From NCBI GenBank assembly GCA_963832065.1, contig CAWHSV010000008.1, positions 80,671 to 144,670 on the forward strand: a stretch of DNA of 64,000 nucleotides, given 5' to 3'. Position numbers and translations under genes: made by a program. Position 1 is the first letter of the stretch. The number at the start of each line of letters is the position of its first letter. The DNA comes from an uncultured Actinomycetes bacterium (GTDB taxonomy: Bacteria; Actinomycetota; Thermoleophilia; Solirubrobacterales; 70-9). Of the stretch, positions 46,622 through 59,292 are shown one piece after another. Under the pieces are notes generated by a model, which was not told the origin of the DNA, ran no database searches, and saw only the letters and a program-made list of their open reading frames with translations.

Positions 46622-47526
46622 GGCAACTTCGGCAGCTGGTGGCCGCGCAGATAGGCGTCCGCCGGCATCGGCTTGCCGCCTGGTGGCTGCACCGCCTCGA
46701 GCCGCAGGGCGCCGCGACAGCAGCCGACCAGGAGCGCCCCCCACTCCGACTTGACGGCGCCGGTCTGGACGCTGACGTCGACAGCGCGAGCGCAGCGGAC
46801 GCCGAGCCGCTCGCCTCCCGCCATCTCCAGGTAGGCGCCGATGTGCGGAGTCAGGGCGCGCACCGTCGCCGCCAGCTCGCCCGCCGGCCGAGCCGGGTCG
46901 AGGCGGCGCTCCTCCGGCGCGATCTTCTCGGCGTACGTGGCCTCCGCCTCGTTCTGCTCGGTGAACTCGAGCACGCCCTCGGCCTCGAGGTTGAGGGCGT
47001 GCGCCAACAGCTCGCCGCCGAGCCCGGCCAATGTCGAGGAGAGCGCCTCGAAGTCTGTGTCGGCGTCGATCGGCGCCTCCGCGGTCAGCGCCACCGGCCC
47101 CGAGTCGAGCCCGGCGGTCAGCTTCATCACGCAGACCCCGGTGCGCCGGTCGCAGGCCATGATCGCCCGCTCGATCGGCGCTGCCCCGCGCCAGCGCGGC
47201 AGCAGCGAGGGATGGACGTTGAGCATCAGGTGCTCGGAGAGCAGCGGCTCGCGGATCAGCTGGCCGAAGGCGCAGACGACCACCGCCCGCGGTCGCGCCG
47301 CGGCGATGCGCTCGCGCGCCGCCTCGGCGTTGACGTCCTCCGCCTGCAGCAGCTCGATCCCCAGCTCGGTAGCGGCCGTGGCGACCGGCGGTGGCGTCAG
47401 CTTGCGGCCGCGCCCCTGCGGACGGTCCGGGGGCGTGACCACGAGCGCCGGCCGGTGCTCGGAGCCGGCCAGCCGCCGCAGGACGGTGGCGGCGAAGTCG
47501 GAGGTGCCGAGGTAGACCGTGTTCAC
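46618..47526 (-). CDS. fmt: Methionyl-tRNA formyltransferase
   Basis: Intact 302-aa ORF with MNTVYLGTSDFA, NVHPSLLPRWRGAAPI and a C-terminal beta-barrel domain. Confidence 0.9.
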   Translation of the reverse strand: MNTVYLGTSDFAATVLRRLAGSEHRPALVVTPPDRPQGRGRKLTPPPVATAATELGIELLQAEDVNAEAARERIAAARPRAVVVCAFGQLIREPLLSEHLMLNVHPSLLPRWRGAAPIERAIMACDRRTGVCVMKLTAGLDSGPVALTAEAPIDADTDFEALSSTLAGLGGELLAHALNLEAEGVLEFTEQNEAEATYAEKIAPEERRLDPARPAGELAATVRALTPHIGAYLEMAGGERLGVRCARAVDVSVQTGAVKSEWGALLVGCCRGALRLEAVQPPGGKPMPADAYLRGHQLPKLP

Positions 47527-47539
47527 GCGTTAGGCGGGG

Positions 47540-48175
47540 TCACGCGTCGGTGCGCGGCTCGCGCAGCTCGCCCTCGTCGCCGGGCTCGGACTCCTCAGGC
47601 GCGGGGCTGTAGGCGTCGCCCTCGCGCAGGGCGCGCAGGGCGCCCTTGCGCTGGTCGCGGCTGGTGCGGTCGAGGATCAGGATGCCGTCGAGGTGGTCGA
47701 TCTCGTGCTGCAGCACCCGCGCCTCCAGGCCCGAGGCCTCGATCTTGACCGCTTCGCCCTCGGCATCGCGACCGCTGACGCGAATGTGAAGCGGGCGCTC
47801 GACGTCCATCGAGACCCGCGGCAGGCTGAGGCAGCCCTCCTCGGCGATCGTCGCCTCCTCGGAGGACCACTCGATCGTCGGGTTGACCAGCGCCGTCGGC
47901 TCGCCGTCGGAGCCGGCCTGGAAGACGAGCAGGCGGCGCAGCACGCCGAGCTGCGTGGCGGCGAGGCCGACGCCCATCCCGTCGCGCATGATCGCGATCA
48001 TCCGCTCGACCTCGGCCCGCAGCTCGGGGCCGAAGTTGGCGACCGGAGACGCCTTGCTCTTCAGCACCGGGTCGCCGAACTTGATCACCTGCGCGAGCGC
48101 CGCCTCGCGGCGCTCCAGCAGCTCCGCCTCGAGCTGCTCGCGCTCGCCGCTGTCGGTTTCGGTCCCTTCGCTCAT
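47540..48175 (-). CDS. def: Peptide deformylase
   Basis: GVGLAATQLG, EGCLS and QHEIDHLDG. There is a ~30-aa N-terminal extension; an alternative GTG start just before IKFGDPVL is possible. Confidence 0.9.
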   Translation of the reverse strand: MSEGTETDSGEREQLEAELLERREAALAQVIKFGDPVLKSKASPVANFGPELRAEVERMIAIMRDGMGVGLAATQLGVLRRLLVFQAGSDGEPTALVNPTIEWSSEEATIAEEGCLSLPRVSMDVERPLHIRVSGRDAEGEAVKIEASGLEARVLQHEIDHLDGILILDRTSRDQRKGALRALREGDAYSPAPEESEPGDEGELREPRTDA

Positions 48176-48215
48176 CGGTCTGAGTCTAAGGCTCGCGCCA
48201 GGCGTGCGGCAGGCC

Positions 48216-50417
48216 TCACTGGGGGTCGACGTCGACGCCGATCGCCACCTCGCGCAGGGAGCGGTCGGCGGCCCGGCGCTCGACCGCGCCGCGGACCGCG
48301 GCGACGGTCCCCTCGCGGTCGGCGGCCTTGATCAGGAGGCGGCGACGGTGGCGGTTGCGGACGCGGAACATCGGCGCTGGGCCGAGCAGCTCCGTCCCCT
48401 CGGGCAGCTCCGCGCGGAGGTCGGTCGCGAGCGTCGCGGCGGCGGTCTCCAGCTGCCCCTCATGCTCGCTGGCGAAGCCGATCCGCAGCAGGTGCGAGAA
48501 GGGCGGGTAGCGCAGCAGTCGCCGTCGCTCGAGCTCGGCGGCGAGGAAGCCGGCCGAGTCGTGGTGGGCGGCGTGGGCGATGCTGGAGGCGGTCGGGGCC
48601 AGCGTCTGGACGATCACCTCGCCGCCGGCCTGCGCCGCGGCCGCTGCGACCGGCCAGCTGGGCGACCATCGCGAAGGTGCGCTCCTCGGCGCGGAAGTCG
48701 GGGAAGCGCAGGGTCGCGTCGGCGTCGAGGATCGCGCTCAGCGTCACCTCGGGGAAGTCGTGCCCCTTGGCGACCATCTGGGTGCCGACGAGGACGCCGC
48801 TGTCGGCCTCGCCGAAGCGCGGCGAGGATGCGGGCGTGGGCGCCGCGCTCGGCGGCGGTGTCGGAGTCGAGGCGGAAGACCGGCATCGGCGCCAGCCGCT
48901 CCGCCAGCAGCGCCTCGATCTGCTCGGTGCCGGCGCCGGCCCGCGAGAGCGTCGTCGAGCCGCACTCGGGACAGGCCCGCGGCAGCGGCTCGGCGTGGGC
49001 GCAGTGATGGCAGACGAGGCGGCCGCTGTGGCGGTGGACGATCAGCGAGACGTCGCAGTTGGGGCAGCCCCAGTGGTGCCCGCAGGAGCGGCAGGTGAGC
49101 CAGGGGGCGAAGCCGCGCCGGTTGACCATCACGATCGCCTTGGCGCCGGCGGCGCGCACGTTCTCCAGCGCCTCCCAGGTGTCGGGATGCAGGGGGCCGG
49201 AGCGGGGGTCGGCCTCGCGCATGTCGAGCACCTCGACCGGCGGCATCGCGCCGGCCGTCGACCCGGCGCGGCAGCTCCAGCCGCGGCAGCTCCAGCCAGG
49301 ACTCCGGCCGCGGCGTCGCGGTGCCGGCGACCAGCACCGCGCCGCAGTCCTCGGCGCCGGCGGCGGGCGACGGCGCGGGCGTCGTAACAGGGGTCGCCCT
49401 CCTGCTTGTAGGAGGGGTCGTGCTCCTCGTCGATCACGATCAGGCCGAGGTCGCGGACCGGGGCGAAGACGGCGGAGCGGGGGCCGACGCAGACGCTCGC
49501 CTCGCCGCTGCGCAGGCGCCGCCACTCGTCGTAGCGCTCGCCGGCCGAGAGGGCCGAGTGGAGGACGGCGAAGCGGTCGCCGAGCCGGGCGCGGAAGCGC
49601 GCCACCGCCTGCGGGGCGAGGCCGATCTCGGGGACGAGGACGATCGCGCCGCGGCCCCGCGCCAGCGCCGCCTCGACCGCGGCCAGGTAGACCTCGGTCT
49701 TGCCCGAGCCGGTGACGCCGTGCAGCAGCAGCTTGCGCGGCGTCTCCGCCTCGCCGTCGAGCGCGGCGACGATCGCTGCCACCGCCTGCCGCTGCTCGGG
49801 CAGCAGCTCGGGCCGCTCGCTCGGCGCGCGCGAGGCTCGGAGGCGGCCGGGCGCGCGGCGCAGGCGCGAGCTGCGGGTCGCGATCAGGCCGCGCTCCTCG
49901 AGCCGCCGCAGCATCTGCGCGGTCGGAGCCGACCGCGGCGGCCAGCTCGCCGCGCCGACATCTCGCCCGCCCGCAGCGCCTCCAGCACCGCCCGCTGCTT
50001 GACCCCGAGGCGCCCGGCGCCGCTCAGCGCCTCCTCCCCGGCCGGCAGGATCTCCGCCCGCAGCTCGACTTCGCGAGCGGACCCGTCTGCGCCGCCGGCG
50101 CCGGTCCCCGGCGGCAGCACCAGCTGCAGGCCGCGCGAGGGGGTCGAGCAGTACTCGCGGGCGACCCAGAGGCCGAGCCGGACCAGCTCCGCCGGGGCGC
50201 CGGCCTCGAGCGCCTCGATCGGCTCGGCGAGCCGCTCCGGCGGCAGCTCGGAGGTCTCGGCCAGCTCGACGACGACCCCGAGCAGGCGCCGGCGGCCGAA
50301 GGGAACGCGCACGACGCTGCCGACCTCGAGGTCCGCCATCGCCGCCGGCAGGCGGTAGTCGAACGGGCCCCGCAGGGCGCGGGCGGTGGTCAGCGGCTCG
50401 ACCCTGGCGATGGCCAT
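48216..50417 (-). CDS. priA: Primosomal protein N' (PriA helicase), many frameshifts
   Basis: ATG at 50417 (MAIARVEPL...FDYRLP). Walker A is [16 protein letters not shown], followed by DEEHD. The Zn-binding [27 protein letters not shown]...CPECGS and the C-terminal part in ORF 48216..48617 are spread over three frames. Confidence 0.8.
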
Positions 50418-50450
50418 CCGGCGAGGGTATGCGCGCACGGGGACGACGCG

Positions 50451-51001
50451 ATGGAAGCCTGGCGAGCCGAGCGGCGAAGACGTATGCTGCGCGGCGATGG
50501 CCTCAACCTCAGCCCCGGCGAGCAGGTGATCTTCGAGGGCCACCCCTCCTGGCGGGCGATCCTCGGCTTCTACCTGAAGGGGATCGTGGTCGCGGCGATC
50601 GCTCGGGGTGATCGCGAAGCTCGTCGACGGCAACAGCACCGTCTTCCTGGTCGTCCTCGTGGTCGATCGCACTGACCGTCCTGATCGGCTTCGTCAAGCG
50701 CGTCGCGACCACCTACACGATCACCGACCGCCGCCTCAACATCAAGCGCGGGATCATCTCCCGCGAGATCCAGGAGACGCGCCTGGAGCGGGTCCAGAAC
50801 GTCAACTACCGCCAGTCGGTCTACCAGCGGCTGATGCAGATCGGCGACGTCGACTTCGACACCGCCGCCACCGACGACTACAACTTCGTCTTCGCCGGCG
50901 TCGCCGACCCCGGCGACGTCGTCCACGGGGTCGACCAGGCCACCGGCAGGAACGCCGCCGGGACGCACGGCCTCGGCGAGGCACAGGCGCCGCGGGCGTA
51001 A
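50451..51001 (+). CDS. Membrane protein with a bacterial PH domain (bPH_2/YdbS-like), frameshifted
   Basis: [32 protein letters not shown], then [54 protein letters not shown] in another frame. The stop TAA is at 50999-51001. Confidence 0.55.
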
Positions 51002-51012
51002 GTCGCGCTCTC

Positions 51013-52265
51013 CTAGGCGGCGCGCGATTTCGAGGCCGGCGGCGGCGCGGAGGGCGTCGGCGCGGTCGGTGCGCTCCCAGGTGAAGTCCGCGTCCTCGCG
51101 GCCGAAGTGGCCGTAGGCGGCGGTCTTCTGGAAGATCGGGCGGTGCAGGTCGAGGTAGCGGCGGAAGGCGCCGGGGCGCAGGTCGAACTCGGCTTCGACC
51201 AGGCGGGAGATCTCGCGCGTCGGGCAGCTTGCCGGTGCCGAAGGTCTCGACCATCAGCGAGACGGGTGGGCGACGCCGATCGCGTAGGCGACCTGGACCT
51301 CGCAGCGCTCGGCGAGGCCGGCGGCGACGACGTTCTTGGCCACGTGGCGGGCGGCGTAGGCGGCGGAGCGGTCGACCTTGGACGGGTCCTTGCCGGAGAA
51401 GGCGCCGCCGCCGTGGCGGGCCATGCCGCCGTAGGTGTCGACGATGATCTTGCGGCCGGTGAGGCCGGCGTCGCCGACCGGGCCGCCGATCACGAACTTG
51501 CCGGTCGGGTTGACGAGGAAGTTCTCGCGCAGCTCGCCCTCGTCGAAGAGCCCGGGCGCCTCGGCCTCGAGCACCGGCAGGACCACGTGCTCCCAGAGGT
51601 CGGGCTTGATCGTGCGCCTCGGAGTCGACGCCCTCGGCGTGCTGGGTGGAGATCAGGAGCTTCTCGACCTCGACCGGGCGGCCGTCGGCGTAGCGGACCG
51701 TGACCTGGGTCTTGCCGTCGGGGCCGAGGTAGTCGAGCGTGCCGTCCTTGCGGACCGCGGCGAGCCGCTCGGCGAGCCGGTGGGCGAGGTGGATCGGCAT
51801 CGGCATCAGCGCCTCGGTCTCGTCGGTGGCGTAGCCGAACATCATTCCCTGGTCGCCGGCGCCGGCGACGTCAGCAGCTCGTCGTCGTCGGAGGCGGTCG
51901 ACCTGGTCTCGTAGGCCTTGTCGACGCCCTGGGCGATGTCGGGCGACTGCTTGTCGAGCGAGACGAGGACCGAGATGTGGTCGCAGTTGTAGCCGTAGTC
52001 GCCGTGGTCGTAGCCGATCTCGCGGATCGTCTCGCGGACGATCTCGGGGACGTCGAGGTGGACGCTCGGTCGAGATCTCGCCGGAGACGACCGCCATGCC
52101 GGTGTTGACCAGGGTCTCGCAGGCGACGCGGCCCTCGGGATCCTCGGCCATGACCGCGTCGAGGACGCCGTCGGAGATCTGGTCGCAGACCTTGTCGGGG
52201 TGGCCCTCGGTGACGGACTCGGAGGTGAAGAGGTACTCGCCCTCGGCGAGCGGCTTGGTCGTCAT
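51013..52265 (-). CDS. metK: S-adenosylmethionine synthase, frameshifted
   Basis: [37 protein letters not shown]; [10 protein letters not shown]; [27 protein letters not shown]; [18 protein letters not shown]. The 3' end is approximate. Confidence 0.85.
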
Positions 52266-52306
52266 GGTCGGAAAGCCTAGACGAATTTGAGCGGCGGCCG
52301 GCGCCG

Positions 52307-53630
52307 TCAGGCCGGACGACCGCGGCGACCGGAATGCGGCACGAAGTCGATCACCAGCGGCACGCCCTCCAGCCCGTAGGTCTCGCGCATGCGGTTCTCG
52401 AGGTGGTAGGCCCAGTCGCGGATGATCAGCTTGCGGTCGTTGACCTGGATCGCGATCCGCGGCGGGCGCTCGCCGACCTGCGCCGCGTAGTAGAGGCGCA
52501 GGCGGCGGCCGCGGCGCGACGGCGGCGGCGTCTTGGCGACGACGTCGGCGACGAAGCGGTTCAGCTCCGGGGTCGGGATCCGCTCGCCGGCCGGTCGGCC
52601 AGCTGCAGCGCCTTCGGCAGCAGCGTTGGCGACGTTGCGCCCGCGCGTCGCCGAGCAGGTGATGACCGCTGGCCGCAGGCGCAGCTTGCGCTCGACCCGG
52701 GCGCGGGCGTCGTCGATGTCGGTGGCGGTGACGTCCCACTTGTTGAGCACCAGCAGGGTCGCGCAGCCGGCCTGCATCGCCAGCTCGGCGACCCGCAGGT
52801 CCTCGGCGGTGACGCCCTCGGAGGCGTCGCAGACGACGATCGCGACGTCGGCCCGCTCGACCGCGCGTTCGGAGCGCAGCTGGGCGTAGTAGTCGACCGT
52901 GCCGGCGACCTTGGAGCGGCGGCGCAGGCCGGCGGTGTCGACGAGGATCGCCCGGCGCCCGTCGACCTCGAGCTCGGTGTCGATCGCGTCGCGGGTGGTG
53001 CCGGCGCGGTCGGAGACGATCACCCGCTCGGAGCCGAGGAAGGCGTTGACCAGCGAGGACTTGCCGGCGTTGGGGCGGCCGATCACGGCGACGCGGACGG
53101 CGTCGTCGTCCTCGAGCCGCGGCGGCCGCTCGCCGAGCGCCTGACGACCAGCGTCGAGCAGGTCGCCGCTGCCGAGGCCGTGGGTGGCGGAGACCGGCCA
53201 TCGGCTCGCCCAGGCCGAGGGCGTGGAACTCGGCGGTGACGGCTCGTCGTCGGGGCGGTCGGCTTTGTTGACGACGACGAGGACCGGGACGTCGCCGCCG
53301 CGCAGCGTCTTCGCCAGCTCGGCGTCGCCGGCGCGCAGCCCGGCGCGGCCGTCGACGACCAGCAGGACCACGTCGGCCTCGGCGATCGCCAGCCGCGCCT
53401 GGCTCTGGACGTCCCGCGCCAGCTCCGCCTCGTCCTCGAGGTCGATGCCGCCGGTGTCGAGCAGCTCGAAGGCGACGCCGTTCCACTCGCAGGCGAGCCG
53501 CTTGCGGTCGCGGGTGACGCCCGGCTCGGCGTGGGTGACGGCCTCGCGCGCCGCCGGCGAGCCGGTTGACCAGGGTGCTCTTGCCGACGTTGGGGAAGCC
53601 GACGACGGCGACCGTGGGCAGGCGGCTCAC
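52307..53630 (-). CDS. der: Ribosome-biogenesis GTPase Der (EngA), frameshifted
   Basis: Two G domains ([18 protein letters not shown] and [29 protein letters not shown]) and a KH-like C-terminus (PPRIAIQVN). The GTG start at 53630 is proposed. Confidence 0.85.
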
Positions 53631-53681
53631 CGGGCGCTCCGGGGCGACTTCGCCACCCCTGGGGCACACGCTCGCCCCGGC

Positions 53682-54327
53682 TCACGCGAGGCCCCGCTCG
53701 CGGGCGAGGGCGACGACCCGGTCGACGACCTCGTCGAGGCTGAGACCGGTGGTGTCGAGCTCGACCGCGTCGTCGGCGGCGCGCAGGGCGCTGTGCTCGC
53801 GGGTCTCGTCGCGGGCGTCGCGCTCGCGCTGGGCGGCGAGCACGGACCTCGAAGTCCTCGCCGGTCTGCGCGGCGCGGCGGCGGGCCCGCTCCTCGGCGG
53901 AGGCGGTGAGGAAGACCTTCAGCGGCGAGTCGGGGCTGACCACGGTGCCGATGTCGCGGCCCTCGGCGACGTAGCGGCCGGCGGCGATCAGCTCGCGCTG
54001 GCGGCGCGACCATCGCCTCGCGCACCGCCGGGATGGACGGAGACGCGCGAGGAGGCCTCGGTCACCTCGGGCTCGCGGATCGCGGTCGCTCGACGTCGCG
54101 CCCGTCGAGCAGGACCCGCTCGCCGTCGAGCCCGATCTCCAGCGCGGCCGCCAGCTCGCCCATCGCCTCGTCGTCGTCGAGGTCGACGCCGCGCTCGATG
54201 CGCCGCCAGCGCCACGCAGCGATACATCGCCCCCGAGTCGAGGTAGGTGAAGCCGAGCTCGCGCCGCGACGGCGCGGGCGACGGTGGACTTGCCGGCCCC
54301 GGCGGGCCCGTCGATCGCGATGACCAT
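53682..54327 (-). CDS. cmk: Cytidylate kinase, frameshifted
   Basis: [21 protein letters not shown], then [13 protein letters not shown], then [33 protein letters not shown], in different frames. Confidence 0.8.
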
Positions 54328-54377
54328 GCGCGGCAGCGTAGAGACGCGGGGTCGCACCGTGGCCGGCAGGCCCGCAG

Positions 54378-55677
54378 TCAGCCGTCGTCGCCGAGCAGCG
54401 AGGCCAGATCGGCCTCGAAGCCGGGGTAGCTGACCGCGGCCGCGTCCATCCCTCGACCTCGACCCCTCGCGCGAGGCGAGGCCGGCGATCGCGCCGAGCA
54501 TCGCGATCCGGTGGTCGCCGTGGGAGTCGATCGCGCCGCCGCGCAGGCCGCCGCCGCCCTCGATCCGCATCCCGTCCTCGGTCGGCTCGACCTCGCCGCC
54601 GAGCGCGTTCAGCGCCTCGCTCACGGTGGCGATCCGGTCGGACTCCTTGCGGCGCAGCTCGGCGGCGTCGCGGATCGTCGTCGTCGCCCTCGGCGAAGCA
54701 GGCGGCGAGGGCGACCAGCGGCAGCTCGTCGATCGCCAGCGGGATCTCGGCGCCGCCGACCTCGGTCCCGCGCAGCGGCGCGGCGCGGACGCGGATCCGC
54801 CCGATCGGCTCGCCGCCGCGCTCGCCCTCCGGCTCGACCTCGATCTCGGCGCCCATCCGCTCGAGGATCGCCAGCAGGCCGGTGCGGGTCGGGTTGATGC
54901 CGACGCCCTCGAGGACCACGCTCGCTGCCGGGCACGAGCAGCGCCGCGACGATGAAGAAGGCGGCCGAGGAGAAGTCGGCGGGCACCGCGATCTCGCCCG
55001 GCTCCAGGCGCTCGGCCGGGCGCACCGAGACGGCGCCGTCGCTCGCGCTCGCACCTCGGCGCCGGCGGCGGCGAGCATCCGCTCGCTGTGGTCGCGGCTG
55101 GGCAGCGGCTCGACGAACCGCGGTCTCGCCCTCGGCGAGCAGGCCGGCGAAGAGCAGGCAGGACTTGACCTGGGCGCTGGCGACCGGCAGCTCGTAGTCG
55201 ATGCCGTGCAGCGGCGCGCCCTCGACCTCGAGCGGCGGCAGGCGCTCCTCGCGGCAGCTGAGGTCGGCGCCCATCTGGCGCAGCGGCACGGCGATCCGGT
55301 CGACCGGGCGGCGGCGGATCGAGTCGTCGCCGTCGAGCGTCCAGCGCCCCCTGCGGCTGCCCGGCGAGCCAGCCCGGCAGCAGCCGCAGCAGCGTGCCGG
55401 CGTTGCCGACGTCGATCGCGGCCGGGCGGGCGCCGCGCAGGCCGACGCCGCGGATGCGCACCGCCGAGCCCGCCTCGACCGCCGCGTCCTCGACCTCGGC
55501 CCCGAGCGCCGCCACGGCGGCCAGGGTCGAGCGGGTGTCGGCGGCGTCGAGGTAGCCCTCGATCGTCGTCTCCCCCTCGCCCATCGCCGCGATCAGCGCC
55601 GCGCGGTGGGAGATCGACTTGTCGGCGGGCGGGCGCAGGGCGCCGCGCAGCGGTCCGGCCGGGTCGAAGCGGGTCAT
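54378..55677 (-). CDS. aroA: 3-phosphoshikimate 1-carboxyvinyltransferase (EPSP synthase), frameshifted
   Basis: [26 protein letters not shown]; [14 protein letters not shown]; [10 protein letters not shown]; [17 protein letters not shown]. The stop is at 54378-54380. Confidence 0.85.
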
Positions 55678-55696
55678 CGGCGCGACCCTCGATCGT

Positions 55697-56804
55697 CTAC
55701 GCCGCGCCGTTGAGCACGGTGACGGTGTGGCCCAGCTCGCGGACCAGCGCCGCGGCGCGCTCGGCCTGCTCGTCGCCGGCGACCCAGAGCGAGACCGCGC
55801 CCGAGGTCATGTCCGGCGCCGGGTGCAGGGCCATGTCCTCGATGTTGACGCCGGCCTCGCCGAGCGCCAGCGCCAGCTCGGCGATCGTCCCCGGCCGGTT
55901 GGCGACGACGACCCGCAGCTCGCGCAGCGGGCCAGCCTCCAGCTCGGTCTCCAGCAGCCGCCGGCGGTCCTCGCCCGCGGCGGCGTGCCAGGCGGCGACC
56001 GCCTCGCGGTCGCCGCTGCGGATCAGCTCCGCGGCCTCGCGCAGCCGCCGCGCGACCGCATCGACCGCCTCGGCGACCGCCTCGCGGTTGCTGGCGAAGA
56101 TGTCGGCCCAGATCGCCGGGTTGGAGCCGGCGACGCGGGTCGTGTCGCGGAAGCTGGGGCCGACCTCGGGCATCCGCTCGGAGTCGCGGGTCAGCTCCGC
56201 CGCCGCCTCGGCCGCGAGCGACGTTGGCGACCACGTGCGGCAGGTGGCTGACCGTCGCCATCAGGCGGTCGTGGGCGTCGGCGTCGATCGCCTGCGGGCG
56301 GGCGCCGAGCCCGGCGACCGTGCGCTGCAGGCGGTCGTAGAGGAGGCCGCTGGAGCGCGTCTGTCGGGGTCAGGTACCAGCGGGCGCCCTCGAAGAGGTC
56401 GGCGCGGGCGTTGTCGACGCCGGCGGTCTCGGCGCCGGCCAGCGGGTGGCCGCCGATGAAGCGCTCGTCGCCGCCGAGCGCGGCGACCAGCTCGCGCTTG
56501 GTCGAGCCGACGTCGGTGACGACGGTGTCGGGGCCGCAGGCCTGCAGGGCCGTCGCGCAGCTGGCCGGGCAGCGCCGCCGACCGGTGCGGCGCAGAAGAC
56601 GACCTCGGCGCCCTCGCAGGCCTCGGCGACCGAGGCGGCGCCGCGGTCGAGCGCGCCCAGCTCGAGCGCCCGCTCGACGGTCGCCGGGCTGCGGCTGTAG
56701 CCGACCACCTCGGCCTCGAGCCGCCGCCGCGCGGCGAGCCCGATCGAGCCTCCGATCAGGCCCACGCCGAGGACGGCGACCCTGGGGGCCTGGCCCTCCG
56801 TCAA
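55697..56804 (-). CDS. tyrA: Prephenate dehydrogenase with a C-terminal ACT domain, frameshifted
   Basis: The TTG start overlaps the DAHP synthase TGA (TTGA). [18 protein letters not shown]; [12 protein letters not shown]...[11 protein letters not shown]; [13 protein letters not shown]; an ACT-like [29 protein letters not shown]. Confidence 0.75.
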
Positions 56805-57890
56805 CTGCGCCGAGCCTCGACCGCCGAGGCGAAGCGCTCGAGGACGGAGACGGTCGTCCTCCCAGTCGAGGCAGGGGTCGGTGATCGACTGCCCGTAGGT
56901 GAGCTCCTCGCCCGGCACCAGGTCCTGGCGGCCCTCGACCAGGAAGGACTCCAGCATCACGCCGACGATCGCCTTGTTGCCGTCGGCGATCTGGTCGGCG
57001 ATTTCGCCGGCGGCGAAGAACTGCTTTTCCGGGTCCTTGGCGCTGTTGTCGTGGGAGGCGTCGATCACCAGCCGCTCCGGCAGCCCGGCGACGCCCAGCG
57101 TCACCAGCGCGTCCTCGACGCTCGGGCACGTGGTAGTTCGGCATGCCGTGGCCGCCGCGCAGGATGATGTGGCAGTCGGGGTTGCCGGTCGTGTGGAGGA
57201 TCGCCGGCATGCCGGCGTCGTCGATGCCGGCGAAGGCGTGCGGGACAGCGGCGGCGCGGACCGCGTCGACCGCGACCTGGACGTTGCCGTCGGTGCGGTT
57301 CTTGAAGCCGATCGGCATCGAGAGGCCGGAGCCGAGCTGGCGGTGGGTCTGGCTCTCGGTGGTGCGGGCGCCGATCGCGCCCCAGGCGACCGTGTCGGAG
57401 ATGTACTGCGGCGTGATCGGGTCGAGGAACTCGCAGCCGACCGGCAGGCCGAGGTCGAGCACCTCGAGCAGCAGCTTGCGGGCCATGCGCAGGCCGGCGT
57501 TGACGTCGCCGGAGCCGTCGAGGTGCGGGTCGTTGATCAGGCCCTTCCAGCCGGTCGTCGTCCGCGGCTTCTCGAAGTAGACCCGCATCACGACCAGCAG
57601 CTCGGTCGCTCAGCTCCTTCGCCGTAGCCGCGAGCCGGCGCGCGTAGTCCAGCGCCGCCTTCGGGTCGTGGACGCTGCAGGGGCCGACCACGACCAGCAG
57701 CCGCGCGTCCTTGCCGTGCGAGCACGTCGACCGACTTCCTCGCGGCGCTCTGCACCACCGCCTGCTCCCGCTCCTCGCCGAGCGGCAGCTCCTCCAGCAG
57801 CTTCTCCGGCGGGGCCAGCTCGACCACTTTCGCGATCCGCTGGTCGCGGACCCGGTCCCGCTTGGCGCCCTCCTGCATCCCGATGATCAT
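56801..57890 (-). CDS. aroG: 3-deoxy-7-phosphoheptulonate (DAHP) synthase, class I (AroG/F/H type), about four frameshifts
   Basis: [16 protein letters not shown]; [21 protein letters not shown]; [11 protein letters not shown]; IDASHDNS; the C-terminus [17 protein letters not shown] is read after a shift at WED. ATG at 57890. Confidence 0.8.
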
Positions 57891-58163
57891 TTTGCCTTCG
57901 CCTTTCTCCAAAGCCCTGAAATCGTACTTTCTGGTCGCTCCCTGCCAAGCGCGGACTTGCGCAGCGGACCTACGCAAACGTGGATCGGCGCCCGGCCGAG
58001 TGCGATCTTCGAAGCGGCACGACGCCGCCAGGCCGGACGCCTAGCTAAATCGCCAGTAATAGGAGCAGCTGAAGGCGAGGACGGCGCTCGGGGGCGCTGA
58101 TGCCGCATCGCGGATGTGGCCGTCGACCTCACGTCAGCAGACGTTCTACCACGCGAAGCGCGA

Positions 58164-59265
58164 TTAGTCGAGGATTTCCGACAGGCCGCCGAGGAAGCGG
58201 TCGTTCTCGGCCGGCAGTGCCGTAGGTGACGCGGATGTGGCCGGGGTCGCCGAGCGGGGTGCCGGGGCGGACGGCGATCTCGTCGCTCGGCCAGGCCGGC
58301 GACGACCTCGCCCTCCTCGGCGTCGCCGAGGTCGATCCAGGAGAAGTTGGCCTGCGTCTCGGCCGTGTCCAGGCCGAGCCCGCGCAGACGCCTCCTCGAC
58401 CCGCAGGCGCTCGGCGACCGTGCCCTCGACCCGGCGCAGGACGTCGTCCTGGTGCAGGATCGCCTCGGCCCCGGCCGCCTGGGCGAGGGCGTTGACGCTG
58501 AACGGCTGGCGCACGGCGTCGACCGCGGCGCGGAAGTTCGCCGAGCCGATCGCGTAGCCGACCCGCAGCCCGGCCAGGCCGTAGCACTTGCTGAAGGTGC
58601 GCAGGACGACCAGGTTGGGGAAGTCGGCGAGCAGGTCGAGCGAGGCGTCGGGGTCGTCGTCGGTCTGGAACTCGACGTAGGCCTCGTCGAGGATGATCGT
58701 CACGTGCGGGGGCACCCGCTCGCAGAAGGCGGCGACCTCGGCGGCCGGGATGTGGGTCCCGGTCGGGTTGTTGGGGTTGCAGACGAGCAGCAGCTGGGTC
58801 GCCGCGGTGACCTCGGCCGCCATCGCGTCGAGGTCGTGGACGTCGTCCGTCGTGCCAGCGGCACGCGGATCTCGCGGGCGCCGGTCAGCGCCGGCAGGTA
58901 GCGGGTACATCGAGAAGGCCGGCCAGGCGTAGAGGATCTCGGCGCCGGGCTCGCAGAGCGCCTCGGCGGCGGCGAGCAGGATCTCGCAGGAGCCGTTGCC
59001 GACGGCGACGCGGCTGGGCTCGGTCTCGTAGCGCTCGGCGATCCGCCGGCGCAGCAGCGTCGCGTCGGGGTCGGGGTAGCGGTTCATCGCCCCGGCCGCC
59101 GCCGCGATCGCCTCGATCACCTTCGGGTGCGGCGGGAACGGCGACTCGTTGGAGGCGAGCTGGGCGATCCCGCCGGCGGCGATCGCCTCCGGGCGCCTGC
59201 CCGGTCGGCACGCCGGCCTGGTAGCCCGGCATCCGGGCCAGCTTCTCGGCGAAGGTGACGGTCAT
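58164..59265 (-). CDS. hisC: Histidinol-phosphate/aromatic aminotransferase (class II PLP enzyme), frameshifted
   Basis: LASNESPFPPHP; NGSCEIL; CNPNNPTG; DEAY; RTFSKCYGLAGLRVGY. It sits inside an aromatic amino acid gene run. Confidence 0.8.
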
Positions 59266-59292
59266 CGCTCCGATTGTGACGGAGGCGCCGCC

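Noticed and set aside
56370-57104. A natural DAHP synthase-prephenate dehydrogenase fusion protein.
   Set aside because: A one-base shift at the WED motif restores a canonical DAHP synthase C-terminus and stop, with an overlapping TTG start for tyrA.
57891-58163. A leader peptide or attenuator upstream of the DAHP synthase gene.
   Set aside because: There is no short ORF enriched in aromatic codons, and no convincing alternative hairpins or U-tracts.
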